This document shows, piece after piece, positions 1-12,261 of a DNA stretch of 64,000 nt. Origin of the DNA: Anaeramoeba ignava BMAN (lineage: Eukaryota > Protista > Anaeramoebae); contig JAPDFW010000092.1 of the NCBI GenBank assembly GCA_028826165.1, positions 806,001 through 870,000 of the forward strand. The letters run 5' to 3'. Both the position numbers and the translations under genes were made by a program. Under the pieces are notes generated by a model. The model did not search any database, was not told the origin of the DNA, and saw only the letters and a list, made by a program, of their open reading frames with translations. Numbering within the stretch: position 1 is the first letter of the stretch; each line of letters begins with the position of its first letter.

Positions 1-3000
1 TTATAATTTTATTTATAATTTAATTTATAATTTTATTTATAATTATTTTTATAATTTAATTTATAATTTAATTTATAATTTAATTTATAATTTAATATTA
101 ACCCTCCATTAAAAAAAGATTTCCACCACCAATTATAATCCATTGCAGAAATTCGTAAATAAGTCATAAGTACAACAGAAGTTATAACAGAGATTATTAA
201 AAGAAGAAAAGAAAGAAACAAAGTAGATTGATAACCATAAATATAAATTGTCCAAAATGAAGAAAATGCATAAAATAATTCAACATGAATAATAGAAAAT
301 GGAACAGCTCCAGAAATTAAAATACTCATCTTTGTTTTTAAATACCATGGTAAATCTGGTATTTGTTTAGGTCTTGGATTAACTCTACATGGAACATCAA
401 GTGTAGCTTTTGAATTTTTGCCAATTAATCCAAAAAGTAGTGATAAAGGAAGTGTAACTAAAATAATTTTGATTTTAATTTTAATTTTGATTTTAATTTT
501 AATTTTAATTTTAATTTTAATTTTGATTTTAATTTTAATTTTAATTTTGATTTTAATTTTAATTTTAATTATAATTTTAATTTTAATTTTAATTTTGATT
601 TTAATTATAATTTTGATTTTAATTTTAATTATAATTTTGATTTTAATTTTAATTTTGATTATAATTATAATTTTAATTTTAATTTTAATTGTAATTTTAA
701 TTTTGATTTTAATTATAATTTAATTTTAATTGTAATTTTAATTTTAATTGTAATTTCAATTTTAATTTTATTTATAATTTTAATTTTGATTTTAATTTAT
801 AATTTAATTTGTAAAGATAACACACCAAAAATCCACAAAAGAAAAAGTTTAAATAGAAGTGAAAATGGAAGAGTTATTTCACTTGAATATAAGAAAGCAA
901 AAAAATTAAGAGTTAAGAAAATCAAGAACAAGGGAAGAGAAAATAACAAAGTAGTTAAAACAATATTTCTTGACCAAAACGGACCTTCAAATTGTTTATA
1001 AATTCGTGAAGAGAAAATAGCAAGAAATTCCTGAAGTGAGGAAATATGCAAACAATACAATTTTGGTCATGTATCCTTGGAAATGAGTCATAAATGGTGT
1101 TAATTGAACAAAAATAAGCAAAAATATAATTATTATAAGAAAATAAGCTCCTATTCCAAAAAAAGATGATAAGATTTGAATATTTTCTGGAATTCTAAAA
1201 ACATCTCCATAAATTGCTTTCCATCCTGAAGAATCTTCAATATCTTTTTTATTTGAATTAAATTTATTATTAAAATTATTATTAAATTTATTATTTAATT
1301 TATTATTTAATTTATTATTAAAATTTATTATTAAAATTATTATTAAAATTATTATTAAAATTATTATTAAAATTATTATTAAAATTATTATTAAAATTAT
1401 TATTAAAATTATTATTAAATTTATTATTAAATTTATTATTAAATTTATTATTAAATTTATTATAAAATTTATTATTAAATTTATTATTAAAATTATTATT
1501 AAATTTATTATTGAAAATTATTATTAAAATTTATTATTAAAATTATTATTAAAATTTATTATTAAATTTATTATAAAATTTATTATAAAATTTATTATTA
1601 AATTTATTATTAAAATTTATTATTAAAATTATTATTAAAATTATTATTAAAATTATTATTAAATTTATTATAAAATTTATTATTAAATTTATTATTAGAA
1701 TTTATTATTAAAAAATTATTATTAAATTTATTTTAAAAATTATTATTAAATTTATTATTAAATTTATTATTAAAATTATTATTAAAATTATTATTAAATT
1801 TATTATTAAAATTATTATTTAATTTATTATTAAATTTATTATTAAAATTATTATTAAAATTATTATTAAATTTATTTTAAAATTATTATTAAAATTATTA
1901 TTAAATTAATTATTAAAATTATTATTAAAATTTATTATTAAAATTATTATTAAATTTATTATTAAATTTATTTATTAAAATTTATTATTAAAATTATTAT
2001 TAAATTTAATATTAAAATTATTAAAATTATTATTAAATTTATTTAATTTATTATTAAAATTATTTTTTAAATTTGCCTTCAAGATCTTTGTTTTGTGAGA
2101 ATTGATATTTTGATTTCCAAATTTTTCTAGTAAGTAACCAAATTAATCCAATAAAAAAAAGATTTAATAAAATAGAAGAACCAACTGAAATCCATCTAAT
2201 TTTTTCTTCTGTTATTAAATTAATTTTTGATTTATATAATTCAAGTCTGTTTTCATATGTATATTCTGTTGGAATCCAAAAAACAGAAATATAGAATTCT
2301 GTTCTTCCTTGAGATTTTAATGTTTGAAGTGACATTTTTGATTCAGAATCTGAAAAAATTTGAGCAGAAATAACCTTTAATTTTTAATTTTAATTTAATT
2401 TATAATTTTTAATTTTGAATTTGTTTTAATTTTTAAATTTGAAAAAAACGAAAAATTTCTTACTTGATCTTTATTGTAATAAAATTTAAATACAAAATGT
2501 CGATAAATATTAAGTTTTGTGCTTTGATCATTATCAATAAAACTATTTCCAATAGGAATTGTAAGAGGAAGACCATTAAAATCAAATTCAAAATAAGCAT
2601 TATCTTTTATTGCTTTTTCTAAATGAGAATAAATCTCTTTATTTATAGACGTTTTGCAAATTTCGGTAGAAATAATTTCCGCTAATTTATTATTAAATTT
2701 ATTATTAAATTTATTATAAAAAATTATTATTAAAATTTATTATTAAATTTATTATTAAAATTATTATTAAAATTATTATTTAATTTAATATTTAATTTAT
2801 TATTAAAATTATTATTAAATTTATTATTAAAATTTATTATTAAAATTTATTATTAAATTTATTATTAAATTAAATATTAAAATTATTAAAATTATTATTA
2901 AAATTATTATTAAATTTATTATTAAATTTATTATTAAATTTATTATTAAATTTATTATTAAATTTATTAAATTTATTATTAAAACTATTATTAAATTTAT

Positions 3001-3783
3001 TATTATTAAAATTTATTATTAAATTTATTATTATATTTATTATAAAAATTTATTATTAAAATTATTATTAAAATTATTAAAATTATTATTAAAATTATTA
3101 TTAAATTGATTACTAAAATTATTAAATTTATTATTAAAATTATTATTAAAATTATTATTAAAATTATTATTAAATTTATTATTAAATTTATTATTAAATT
3201 TATTATTAAATTTATTATTAAATTTATTATTAAAATTATTATTAATTTATTATTAAATTTATTATTAAAATTATTATTAAAATTATTATTAAAATTATTA
3301 TTAAAATTATTATTAAAATTATTATTAAATTTATTATTAAATTTATTATTAAATTTATTATTAAAATTTATTATTAAAAATTATTAAAATTATTATTAAA
3401 ATTATTATTAAAATTATTATTAAATTTATTATTAAAATTATTATTAAAATTATTAAATTTATTATTAAATTTATTATTAAAATTTATTATTAAAATTATT
3501 ATTAAAAAATGGTTAAAAAATTTCTACAATTAAAAGGAATTTGAAATAAAGTTTGATAAGGATGTGACCCTTCAAATATTTCCGATAAACTTTGATCTTC
3601 TTTCGGTGATTCATAATCAATAAAACAAAATTGAAAATCATCTAAAGAATAAACTTGATGAGGATTAAATTTTGAAGCAATTTTGTTGATATAAATTAAA
3701 TTATTATGTGAAGCTCCATTTTTTGCATTTACAAAAAGAAATATTAAAAAAGAAATTTTAATGAAAAGAGAAAAATATTTCAT
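1..3783 (-). CDS. TM9SF: Transmembrane 9 superfamily (TM9SF/EMP70) protein, multi-exon, 3' end runs off the window start
   Basis: ATG at 3783 with a signal peptide (MKYFSLFIKISFLIFLFVNA). Spliced exons approx. 3783-3528, 2681-2464, 2374-2077, 1243-~825 and 457-103. Family motifs: DIEDSSGWKAIYGDVFR, PCRVNPRPKQIP, GAVPFSIIHVEL, DYNWWWKSFFNGG. Needs one GC-AG intron and one frameshift near 1010. Confidence 0.9.
1255..2062. repeat. Intronic ~12-bp tandem repeat (aaatttattatt/aaaattattatt); the same family fills the TM9SF intron at 2684-3505
   Basis: Periodicity is directly visible. Confidence 0.9.
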
Positions 3784-3839
3784 TTTGAAAAAGTAAAAAA
3801 ATGAAAAAAAAAATTTCAATTTAAAAAAAAAATTTCAAT

Positions 3840-6800
3840 TTAAAAATTTTTTCGAATCAATTTTAAATCATTAATCCATTGTGTAGTTTCTTTAGATAAA
3901 TCACAAGCGAAAATTGCATCATTTGAATTATCACCTTTTCTTGAGATTAAAAACGCGTTCTTCTTTTTATATTCTTCATGACTTGCAAGAGAAATTAAAG
4001 TGCCGGAATCGACCAAAACGATTTGGATTGGATTTGGATCGAATCTCTCATTAAACACAGCAATTATATTGAGCTTCATGCACACATAACGTTTCTTCCA
4101 ATCTATTCCTTGTGTACTTTTATGCATCAGAATTGCCTCTTTAGCTGGTGAAACTTTGGAATTTTTTGTCCACAAATTGAGCAATTTTTCATCCAAAACA
4201 GGCAAAGTTTTTCCGCTAAAGCTTTTATTACGTTTAAAACGGTGTGCGAAAGATTTGGATCGATTCCTTTTTTCGGCAGTGTTCTTCTCGTTCTTTGTCT
4301 TGGCGCTGCTCTTAGTCTTTTTGACTTTCTCATCGATATTTGAGTTGGCTTTTTTGAGATCGTTATTTGATTTTGAAGAATCAATTGATTTCGAGGTTTG
4401 TAATTGTGATGATTGGTCTATCTTTTCTTCATCAAGAATCTTTGACTTTGTTTCGGCATGATAAATATCAGAGCATAAAATGGCTATTTTGTGGAAATTA
4501 TGAGCTAGATAACTATTTTCTTTGAGGAAAAATTTCCATCTTTTAATTGACTTTAAAATTCCAAATATTTCAAATTCAGGAAGAAAGGCTTCTCCTCCTT
4601 TTAAATAGCTATGGAATATAAACTTCATTCTAATGGCAAATTGTTCTAGTGTATATTTCCCCCGTTTTCTTAGTAAATTAAAAGGAAAAAGTGGATTAAG
4701 TAATTTGTAATCAGGCACAATCTCCTTTTCTTCATATCCTTTAGGAATGACCTTTTGATTTTAAATTCAATTGTAATATTGAAATTAATTTTTATATTGG
4801 TTTGTTTCTTCTAAAATTAATTATTCATTTTTTATTTGAAAAGTGAAATATTTTTAGGTTGTATTTTGTTTTTACACAAATTGATTCAAGAAAAACTTTC
4901 CGATCTTCAAATCGATTAATTATTGCATAATTTAAAGGCTGTAAATGGGATTGTCTTGCAGAAAAAGTAAGCCCACTTGAAAGGGTTTGGATTGCTATTG
5001 ATAAATATTTAAGACCCGATCTTTCAGAAGGAGTTAATTGGTCTAATTATTTCAATCCAAATTATTTCAATTAAAATTTGAATTAAAATTTGAATATTTT
5101 CAAAATTTACAAGATCCATCATGAATAAATGCTGGACTTATTAATGCAGGACAAACATGTCTTAAAAAGAAAAAACTTCCCATCAAAGATAAATAATCGC
5201 TTTTATGCAAAATTTCTTGTCTTAAATGAGCGAAAATAATCTTTAAACGATTTGGAAAAGTAGGAATTGATTCCATAATTCTGTTCAAAAGATCTTGAAA
5301 AAAAATTTTGACATTCTCAATATTTTCGGATAAATCCTCATTTTCTGATAAAGAATTTGGGTTGATTTCAAAAGTTTTCTTTGCTTGGCAAACATCATTA
5401 ATAAAAGGTTCAATAATTTTTTTCAAATGATCTTCTGCATAAATTTTCAAGTATTTTGATATCAACGATTCTGCAATTTCATTAGAACGAAAAAGTGCTG
5501 AATCCGAAGAATACATTGCAACTTTAACTGAAATTGTTGCTTTTATAAATGGAATTAAAAGCGAAAGCGGTTCCAACAAATTGAAAAACATAAATGAAAA
5601 TGCATTTGAAGCATCAATATCAATTTTGCCAGTGATTGCTGCAATAATAAAGCATATATCCTTTTCTTTCAAATGTTCTTGTAATATCGATACTGATTTT
5701 TGATATACAAGATGATCAATCTCATCTTGTCTTAATTCTTCTTTTCGAATATCAATTTCAATATGAATATCTTTTTGGCTCATTAAAATTTCTTTTTGCT
5801 TTTTGATTTCTTGCAATAATTGAGGTGATAAAACCCTTTTGATTAAATTCACTAATATTTTCCCCAAAGCTTTCTTTTTCGCTAATGTGAAAATTTCCAT
5901 TGCCAACTGATTCAATCCAAATCATTTGAATTTTTTTTTTGTTTTAGAAAAAAAACATTGTTTGAATTTTTTTCTTGGAAAAAAAAAATATAAATATATA
6001 TTTTGTTGTTTTACTTTTTCTGTATCTTCAATTTGGAATGTAATCAAAATTGTTTGAATTGCTTGAATAGCCTTTGGGAAATTTATAATCCCAAGAATAA
6101 ACTTATCAAATTTTTTCAAAATTGAATTTTGAAGAATTTCAAATTTACGTTTTTCTGTTGATGAAAAAAATGTAAGAATAATAAATTTAAATGAATAATA
6201 AATTTAAATGAATAAAAATTAATAAATTAATAATAACCATCTAATTTGATATCAATTATTCCTATAGAAGATAATTTCGTTATCAATTGAGAAGCTAATT
6301 CCTTTTTAAATAAAACTGATAAAAAAATATGGTCAAAAATCCCATTTATATTTATAAAAAGTGGATCATTCATTGTCAACTTGATTTTTTCATTTGATAA
6401 AATATCCATAAAATCTTTAAACACTAAATTAATTTTTGAATTTTCCAAATTGATATTCATAATTAAATCTGTAATTTTAGAAATTGTATGAGTTTGTAAT
6501 TGATCTGGTTGGAATTGTTTAAGTAAAGTTTTAAGCAAAATATTGTTGATTTTTTTCTCTTTCTTGAAAAAATGAAGAAAAAATTGTGTTTTTTTTTTTT
6601 TTTGGAATTAAATAAATAATTAATTCAAATTAAATTAATCAAATTTAAATAAATTAAGAGATTATTATTCACTCTTGAATGTTTAGAATCAACTCTTAAT
6701 AATTGTTGACTAAATTTTGCTAATTGAGGTTGACCAGCAAAATATAAATTATCAAACAAATGAAATAAAGTGATTAAATTTTTTTGAAATTCTTGATATT

Positions 6801-7246
6801 CATAAATAATTTCATTCGTTGTTTGTGAGAAATCCAACAAACTAATCATGTCCTTATTTGATTTATCAGGGTTATCTTTATAAAAGGAACTTTCTTTCAA
6901 GATATTTTCCAATTCGGATTTTTTTTGTTGAAATTCTTTTTCAGTTTCTTGTAAAACGTTTCGAAAATGTTGAGTTGATTGGCTTGTTTTTGCATTAAGA
7001 CTTGAAAAATCCAGTTTTGTCATCATCTTTTTCTGATGACGTACTTTCATATTCGCTACTTTCACTCTGTTCATTATTGGGTTCAGAAGAGTATTTTATT
7101 GGGGAAATTAATGGTATTTGTTTGGTTTTTTCAATTTCGTTTAAATTCTTTTTATTATTTTTTTAATTGGAATAATTGAAAATATAATTTGAATATTTTC
7201 TCAATATTAATTTCAATTTTAATTCACTTACAGATTTTTGACTCAT
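3840..7246 (-). CDS. RasGAP-domain protein with a C-terminal PH domain and a helical (possibly BAR-like) N-terminus
   Basis: Arg-finger LFRSN, FEINPN and FFFLRHVCPALISP (RasGAP FLR motif). PH-like WKKRYVCMKLNIIAVF...TTQWINDL. GT-AG introns join the ORFs in frame. Likely start ATG 7246 (MSQKS|GTAAGT), which requires a frameshift near 7010; the alternative start is 7074. Confidence 0.85.
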
Positions 7247-7261
7247 TATATTAAAAAATTA

Positions 7262-7327
7262 TTTAAAAAAAAAATGAAAAAAAAAATGAAAAATATTTTT
7301 TTCATTTTTTTTCTTATAAAATTTTAA
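7262..7327. promoter_or_regulatory. Compact bidirectional promoter with oppositely oriented TTTTTCATTTTT (initiator-like) motifs
   Basis: About 81 bp separate the divergent ATGs at 7246(-) and 7328(+). aaaaatgaaaaa occurs twice next to the minus gene and ttttttcattttttt next to the plus gene. Confidence 0.5.
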
Positions 7328-10300
7328 ATGCTTTCTTTTCATTTAAAAAAATCAAATTATTTCAATAAATTTTTTAAAAATATTCTCCAAAAAACATCTA
7401 TAAGTTCATTTTTAGCAAATAATAAATTAAAAATAGGAAATGATTTAAATGGATTTTTAATTGAAAAAGTAATAAAAAAAAAATATTTTTCCAAAAAATT
7501 TTTTGGAAATAAAAAAACAAATACTAAAATAATTTTAATAAGATTCGCCCAATAGATTTATTAAATATTACACTCTATGAACTTAAACATAAAAAAACTG
7601 GAGCAAAATATTTACATTTTGATGCCAAAAATGATTCAGAAAATGCTTTTAGGTTTTTTTTTTACAAAACAAAAAAATTGAATTTTTTACAAAAATTTAA
7701 ACAAATAATTCTAAAAAATTCCTCAATAAAGTGTTTCCTTTAGAACTGTACCACACGATTCAACAGGAGTTGCTCATATTTTAGAGCACACAACATTATG
7801 TGGATCTCAAAAATTTCCTGTAAGAGATCCATTTTTTGGAATGACTCGAAGAAGCGTAAATACTTATATGAATGCATGGACAGGAAGGTAGAGTCATAAA
7901 ATAAAACACATTAGATCATTTTGATTAAAAATCATAATATAATAGCTTAAATAAGATGAAGTGGAAATTTGAAAAAAAACTAAAAAACTAAAAAACTAAA
8001 AAAAATTTCTAAAATAATTTATTTATAATTTTAATTTAAATATAATTTAATTTAAATATAATTTTAATTTTAATTTTAATTTAATTTTAATTTTAATTTT
8101 TATTTATTTTTAATTTAGTGATTTTACTTCTTATCTTTTTTCTTCTGAAAATGAAAAAGATTTTATGAATTTATTAGATGTTTATCTTGATTGTGTTTTT
8201 AATCCAAAACTTCATCATTTAGATTTTGCTCAAGAAGGTTTTAGGTATTTTTATTTGGAAATTTAAATTAAAATTCAAATTCATTTATAAAATTAAAATT
8301 CATTTATAAAATTTAGATTGGAATTTGAAAAAACAGAAAGTAAAATTTTATCATTTTTATTTTTAGAATTGCAAAATTATTTTTGGATTTTAATTTCCAA
8401 ATAATTTTTTTTATTTTATTTTATAAAGATGGAAAATCAATTCTTCTTCCTAAAGGTGTAGTTTATAATGAAATGAAGGGAGTTTTAGTAAATAATTAAA
8501 AATTAAAAATTAAAATTTAAAAATTAAAATTTAAAATTCTTTTATAAAATTTAAATTCTTTTTTTAATTTAGTCTGATCCAATGAATTTATTTTATTATA
8601 AAATGATGGAAAATTTATTTCCAGATAATACTTATTCAAAAAATTCAGGTGGAGATCCTCAAGAGATTCTAACTTTGAAATATCCAGATTTGAAAAATTT
8701 TCATTCTGAATATTATCATCCCTCAAATTCTTTTTTCTTCTCTTATGGTAAATTTAGGATGTGGAAAATAATTTAAATTTATAAAAGAAAGAAGTTAGAA
8801 AATAATTAACAGAATGTAACTCTTTTTTTCTTTTTATTACAAAATAGGAAACTTTCCTTTATCACAAAAAACTGAATTTATCCAAAAAAACTATCTTATA
8901 AATTTTAATCGAAATGAAAAAATTTCTCAAAAAACAAAAATCAATTTCCAAAAAAAATTTTCAAAACCAAAAACAATTCGAACAAAATATCCAAATGTAA
9001 ATTTGAAAGAGAAAAATAATTCAATTGTTGGAATAGGATTTTTAACAACAGAAATAAGCAATATATTTGAAGTATTTTCACTTGCAATTCTTCAGAAATT
9101 ACTTCTTGATGGACCAAATTCGCCTATTTATCAAGCATTAATTGAATCAGAGTTATCATCAGGATATCTCCCAATAACAGGCTTAGAAGATTCAATTCTT
9201 CAACCAATTTTGGTTATTGGCTTCCAAGGCGTTAAAAAGGAAGATATTCATAAAATTATTCCAACTTTATTTAATTCACTTAAAAATATTATTAAAAATG
9301 GATTTTCTAAAGAAAGAATTGAATCTATTCTTCATAAAATTGAAATTTCACAATTGGAAAGAAGATCAGGATTTGGAATTGGATTAATGGAATATATTCT
9401 TCCTGTTTGGATGAATAATGGTAAATTATTTCAAGAAAAAGAAAAAGAAAAAGAAAAAGAAAGAAGAATATTTTCAAATTAATTTAAATTCAAAAAACTT
9501 TAAATCAAAAAAAAAATTATTATTATTTTTAAAAAAAAAAAAAGCGGATGTGATTCAAAAAATGAATATTACAGAACAAATTAATATTTTTAGAAAGAAA
9601 TATCAAGAAGAATCCTATTTAGAAAATTTGATTGAAAAATATTTACTTAAGAACCCTCATCATGTAATTATAGAAATGGAACCAGATGAAAATTTTCAGA
9701 ACCAAGTTAAACAAAAAGAAAATGATATTATAAAGAAAATTGAAACAAAATTAACTGAAGAAGAAAAACAAAAAATTCAAGACCAATCTCGTCAGTTAAT
9801 TGAACATCAAAAAGATAATGGAAATCAAGATTGTCTTCCAAATATCAAATTGGAAGATATTCAATGTGAAATTAAAAATCATGTTATCCCAATTTCACAA
9901 AAAGAAAACTTCAATAACATCAAAATTGAATTTGTTCCTGAACAAACAAACTCTCTTGTGTATTGCCGAATACTCGCACAATTTCCACACAAATCTTTTT
10001 TTACACAAGAAGATAATTTCAATCTTCCAATATTTTCTGATTCAAAAATTAAATTGGGAACTGAAAAATACGACTATAAAAAATTGCATCAGCAAATAGA
10101 AAGATACACAGGATTTGTCAACACTTCCCCAATATTAATATCTTCTCCATTCAATAATGAAAAGTTCCAACAAGGAGTTCTTTTTTCTGGATCTTCTTTA
10201 TTCTCAAATTCTGAGCAAATGATTAATATTTTGAAAGAAATCATTCATTACTCAAATTTTCAGAAAAACTCAGAACATTTAAAAACAATAACAAACCATA

Positions 10301-11456
10301 ACTTTAATCAATTTATTAATGGATTTTCATATAGTGGACATCGTTTTGCAAGGCGTTATGCATCTGCTTGTTTATCACCTCTTAATGTATGAATGATTTG
10401 ATTTTTGAAAAATTGTTTCTTTGTTATTAATTTACTTTTTTAGGCTTTTGAAGAAACATATTCAGGAATTACTCAAGCAAAATTTCTCAAAAATCAATTG
10501 AAACAATTTGAAAACTCAAAAACTTTGCAATTTTCCAAAAATTTAGAAAATATATCCAAAAAAATTAATGAAAAATCTTTATTTAAAGTTTTGATTACAT
10601 GCGAACCTAAGCATATTGAAACACTTGAAAATCAAATCAAATCAATAACAAGTCTTTTTAGGAATGATCAACAAGAGAATTTAAAAAATCAATATCGATT
10701 TCGAAGTGATTCTGAAGACATTCCAAAATTTGAATTAAAAAATACATTTTTCAAGTTTCCTTTTAATGTGAATCATATTGCCAAATGTTATTATGTAAAT
10801 CAACCATATGTTTCCAAATTTACTGCTTCATTTCAAGTATTATCAAAGTTAATGAATGTATTTTTACATCCAGAAATACGAGAAAAAGGTGGAGCATATG
10901 GTGGTGGTGCAACTTATGATTTTTCATCTGGAATTTTTACTTTTTATTCTTATCGAGATCCACAATCAATTCAAACATTAAAAATATTTGATAAAACTTT
11001 TGAATGGATTAAAAAGAATTCTTTTACAGATGAAGTAAATTGAATAATTTTATTAAATATTTTTAAATATTATTTTTGAATAATATTTTTGAATATTATT
11101 TTTAAATAATTTTAAATATTATTTTTAAATATTATTTTTAAATAATTTTGAATATTAATTTTAAATATTAATTTTAAATATTATTTTTTAAATAGGAATT
11201 AAATCAAGCTCAAATTCAATCACTTAAAACTCCTGTTTTATCTCCAAGTGATAAAGGAATGTCATATTTTATTAATAAAATTACAGGAGAAATGAAACAA
11301 AATAAACGAGATAATCTTTTTTCTATTCAAAGAAAAGATATTCTTGATGCAGTTGATTTATTATTTAATTCACCAAATGCTTCAGTTATTTTAGGAAATG
11401 ATCAAAATGCAAAATTATTTAAATCAGAAAAAAATTGGGAAATAATTGAATTTTAA
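7328..11456 (+). CDS. PITRM1: Presequence protease / pitrilysin metallopeptidase (M16C; PreP/PITRM1/Cym1), multi-exon
   Basis: Spliced sequence contains [27 protein letters not shown] (HxxEH zinc motif), [44 protein letters not shown] and YSYRDP. N-terminus MLSFHLKKS... resembles an organellar leader. Confidence 0.95.
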
Positions 11457-11469
11457 CTTGAATTAAATC

Positions 11470-11760
11470 CTTTTTTAAATTTCTTTTTAAATTTCTTTTT
11501 AAATTTCTTTTTAAATTTCTTTTTAAAATTCTTTTTTAAAATTCTTTTTAAATTTCTTTTTAAATTTCTTTTTAAATTTCTTTTTAAATTTATTTTTAAA
11601 ATTCTTTTTAAATTTCTTTTTTAAATTCTTTTTAAATTTCTTTTTAAATTTCTTTTTAAATTTCTTTTTAAAATTTCTTTTTAAAATCTTTTTAAATTTC
11701 TTTTTAAATTTCTTTTTAAATTTCTTTTTAAATTTCTTTTAAAATTCTTTTTAAAATTTC
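11470..11760. repeat. ~12-bp tandem repeat (aaatttcttttt) between convergent stop codons
   Basis: Direct inspection. Confidence 0.9.
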
Positions 11761-11785
11761 AAATAATTTTTATTGTTTTTTTGTT

Positions 11786-12166
11786 TTAATAAGAATCAAA
11801 TTTTGCATCAGAAAGAAAACCAAAAATCCAAATAATTCCTAAAACAATCAAAGGAGAAAAAACTGAAATATAAGAATAATAAGAAAGACCATCAATTTTG
11901 CGAACAAGTAAAACTTGAAAAGCAAGTAAAGGAATAAAAGTAAAAATATAATGTTGAAAAAAAGTTATTGATTGTTTATAATTTCTTAAACCAAAAAATC
12001 CTCTTAAAAAAGCAACTAAAAGAGTGTATAAAAAGAATATATCAAAAATCCATAACGGAATAAATATTTGTGTCCAAGTCCAAGAAATTTTATCATCCAT
12101 TCTTAAAGTTGCAAAAATTGATGTTAATAAAGAAGTTAAAGAAAAGAAAAAAAGAAAAAAATCCAT
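11786..12166 (-). CDS. Small multi-pass membrane protein, TMEM185/TMEM203/TMEM60 family, intronless
   Basis: Two copies of the family motif: LRMDDKISWTWTQIFIPLWIFD and RKIDGLSYYSYISVFSPL. Confidence 0.75.
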   Translation of the reverse strand: MDFFLFFFSLTSLLTSIFATLRMDDKISWTWTQIFIPLWIFDIFFLYTLLVAFLRGFFGLRNYKQSITFFQHYIFTFIPLLAFQVLLVRKIDGLSYYSYISVFSPLIVLGIIWIFGFLSDAKFDSY

Positions 12167-12261
12167 TTGAATAATAAAAAATAAAAAGAAAAAAATGAAA
12201 AAATTAAATCAAAAAAAAAATTTGTTTTTATTTTCTTCAAAATGTTTTTTTTTCCTTAATT

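Noticed and set aside
990-1030. Euplotes-style programmed +1 frameshifting at stop codons
   Set aside because: In TM9SF the conserved residues (SSRIY) switch frame several codons before the stop, there is no AAA-TAR motif, and the CTL case is -1.
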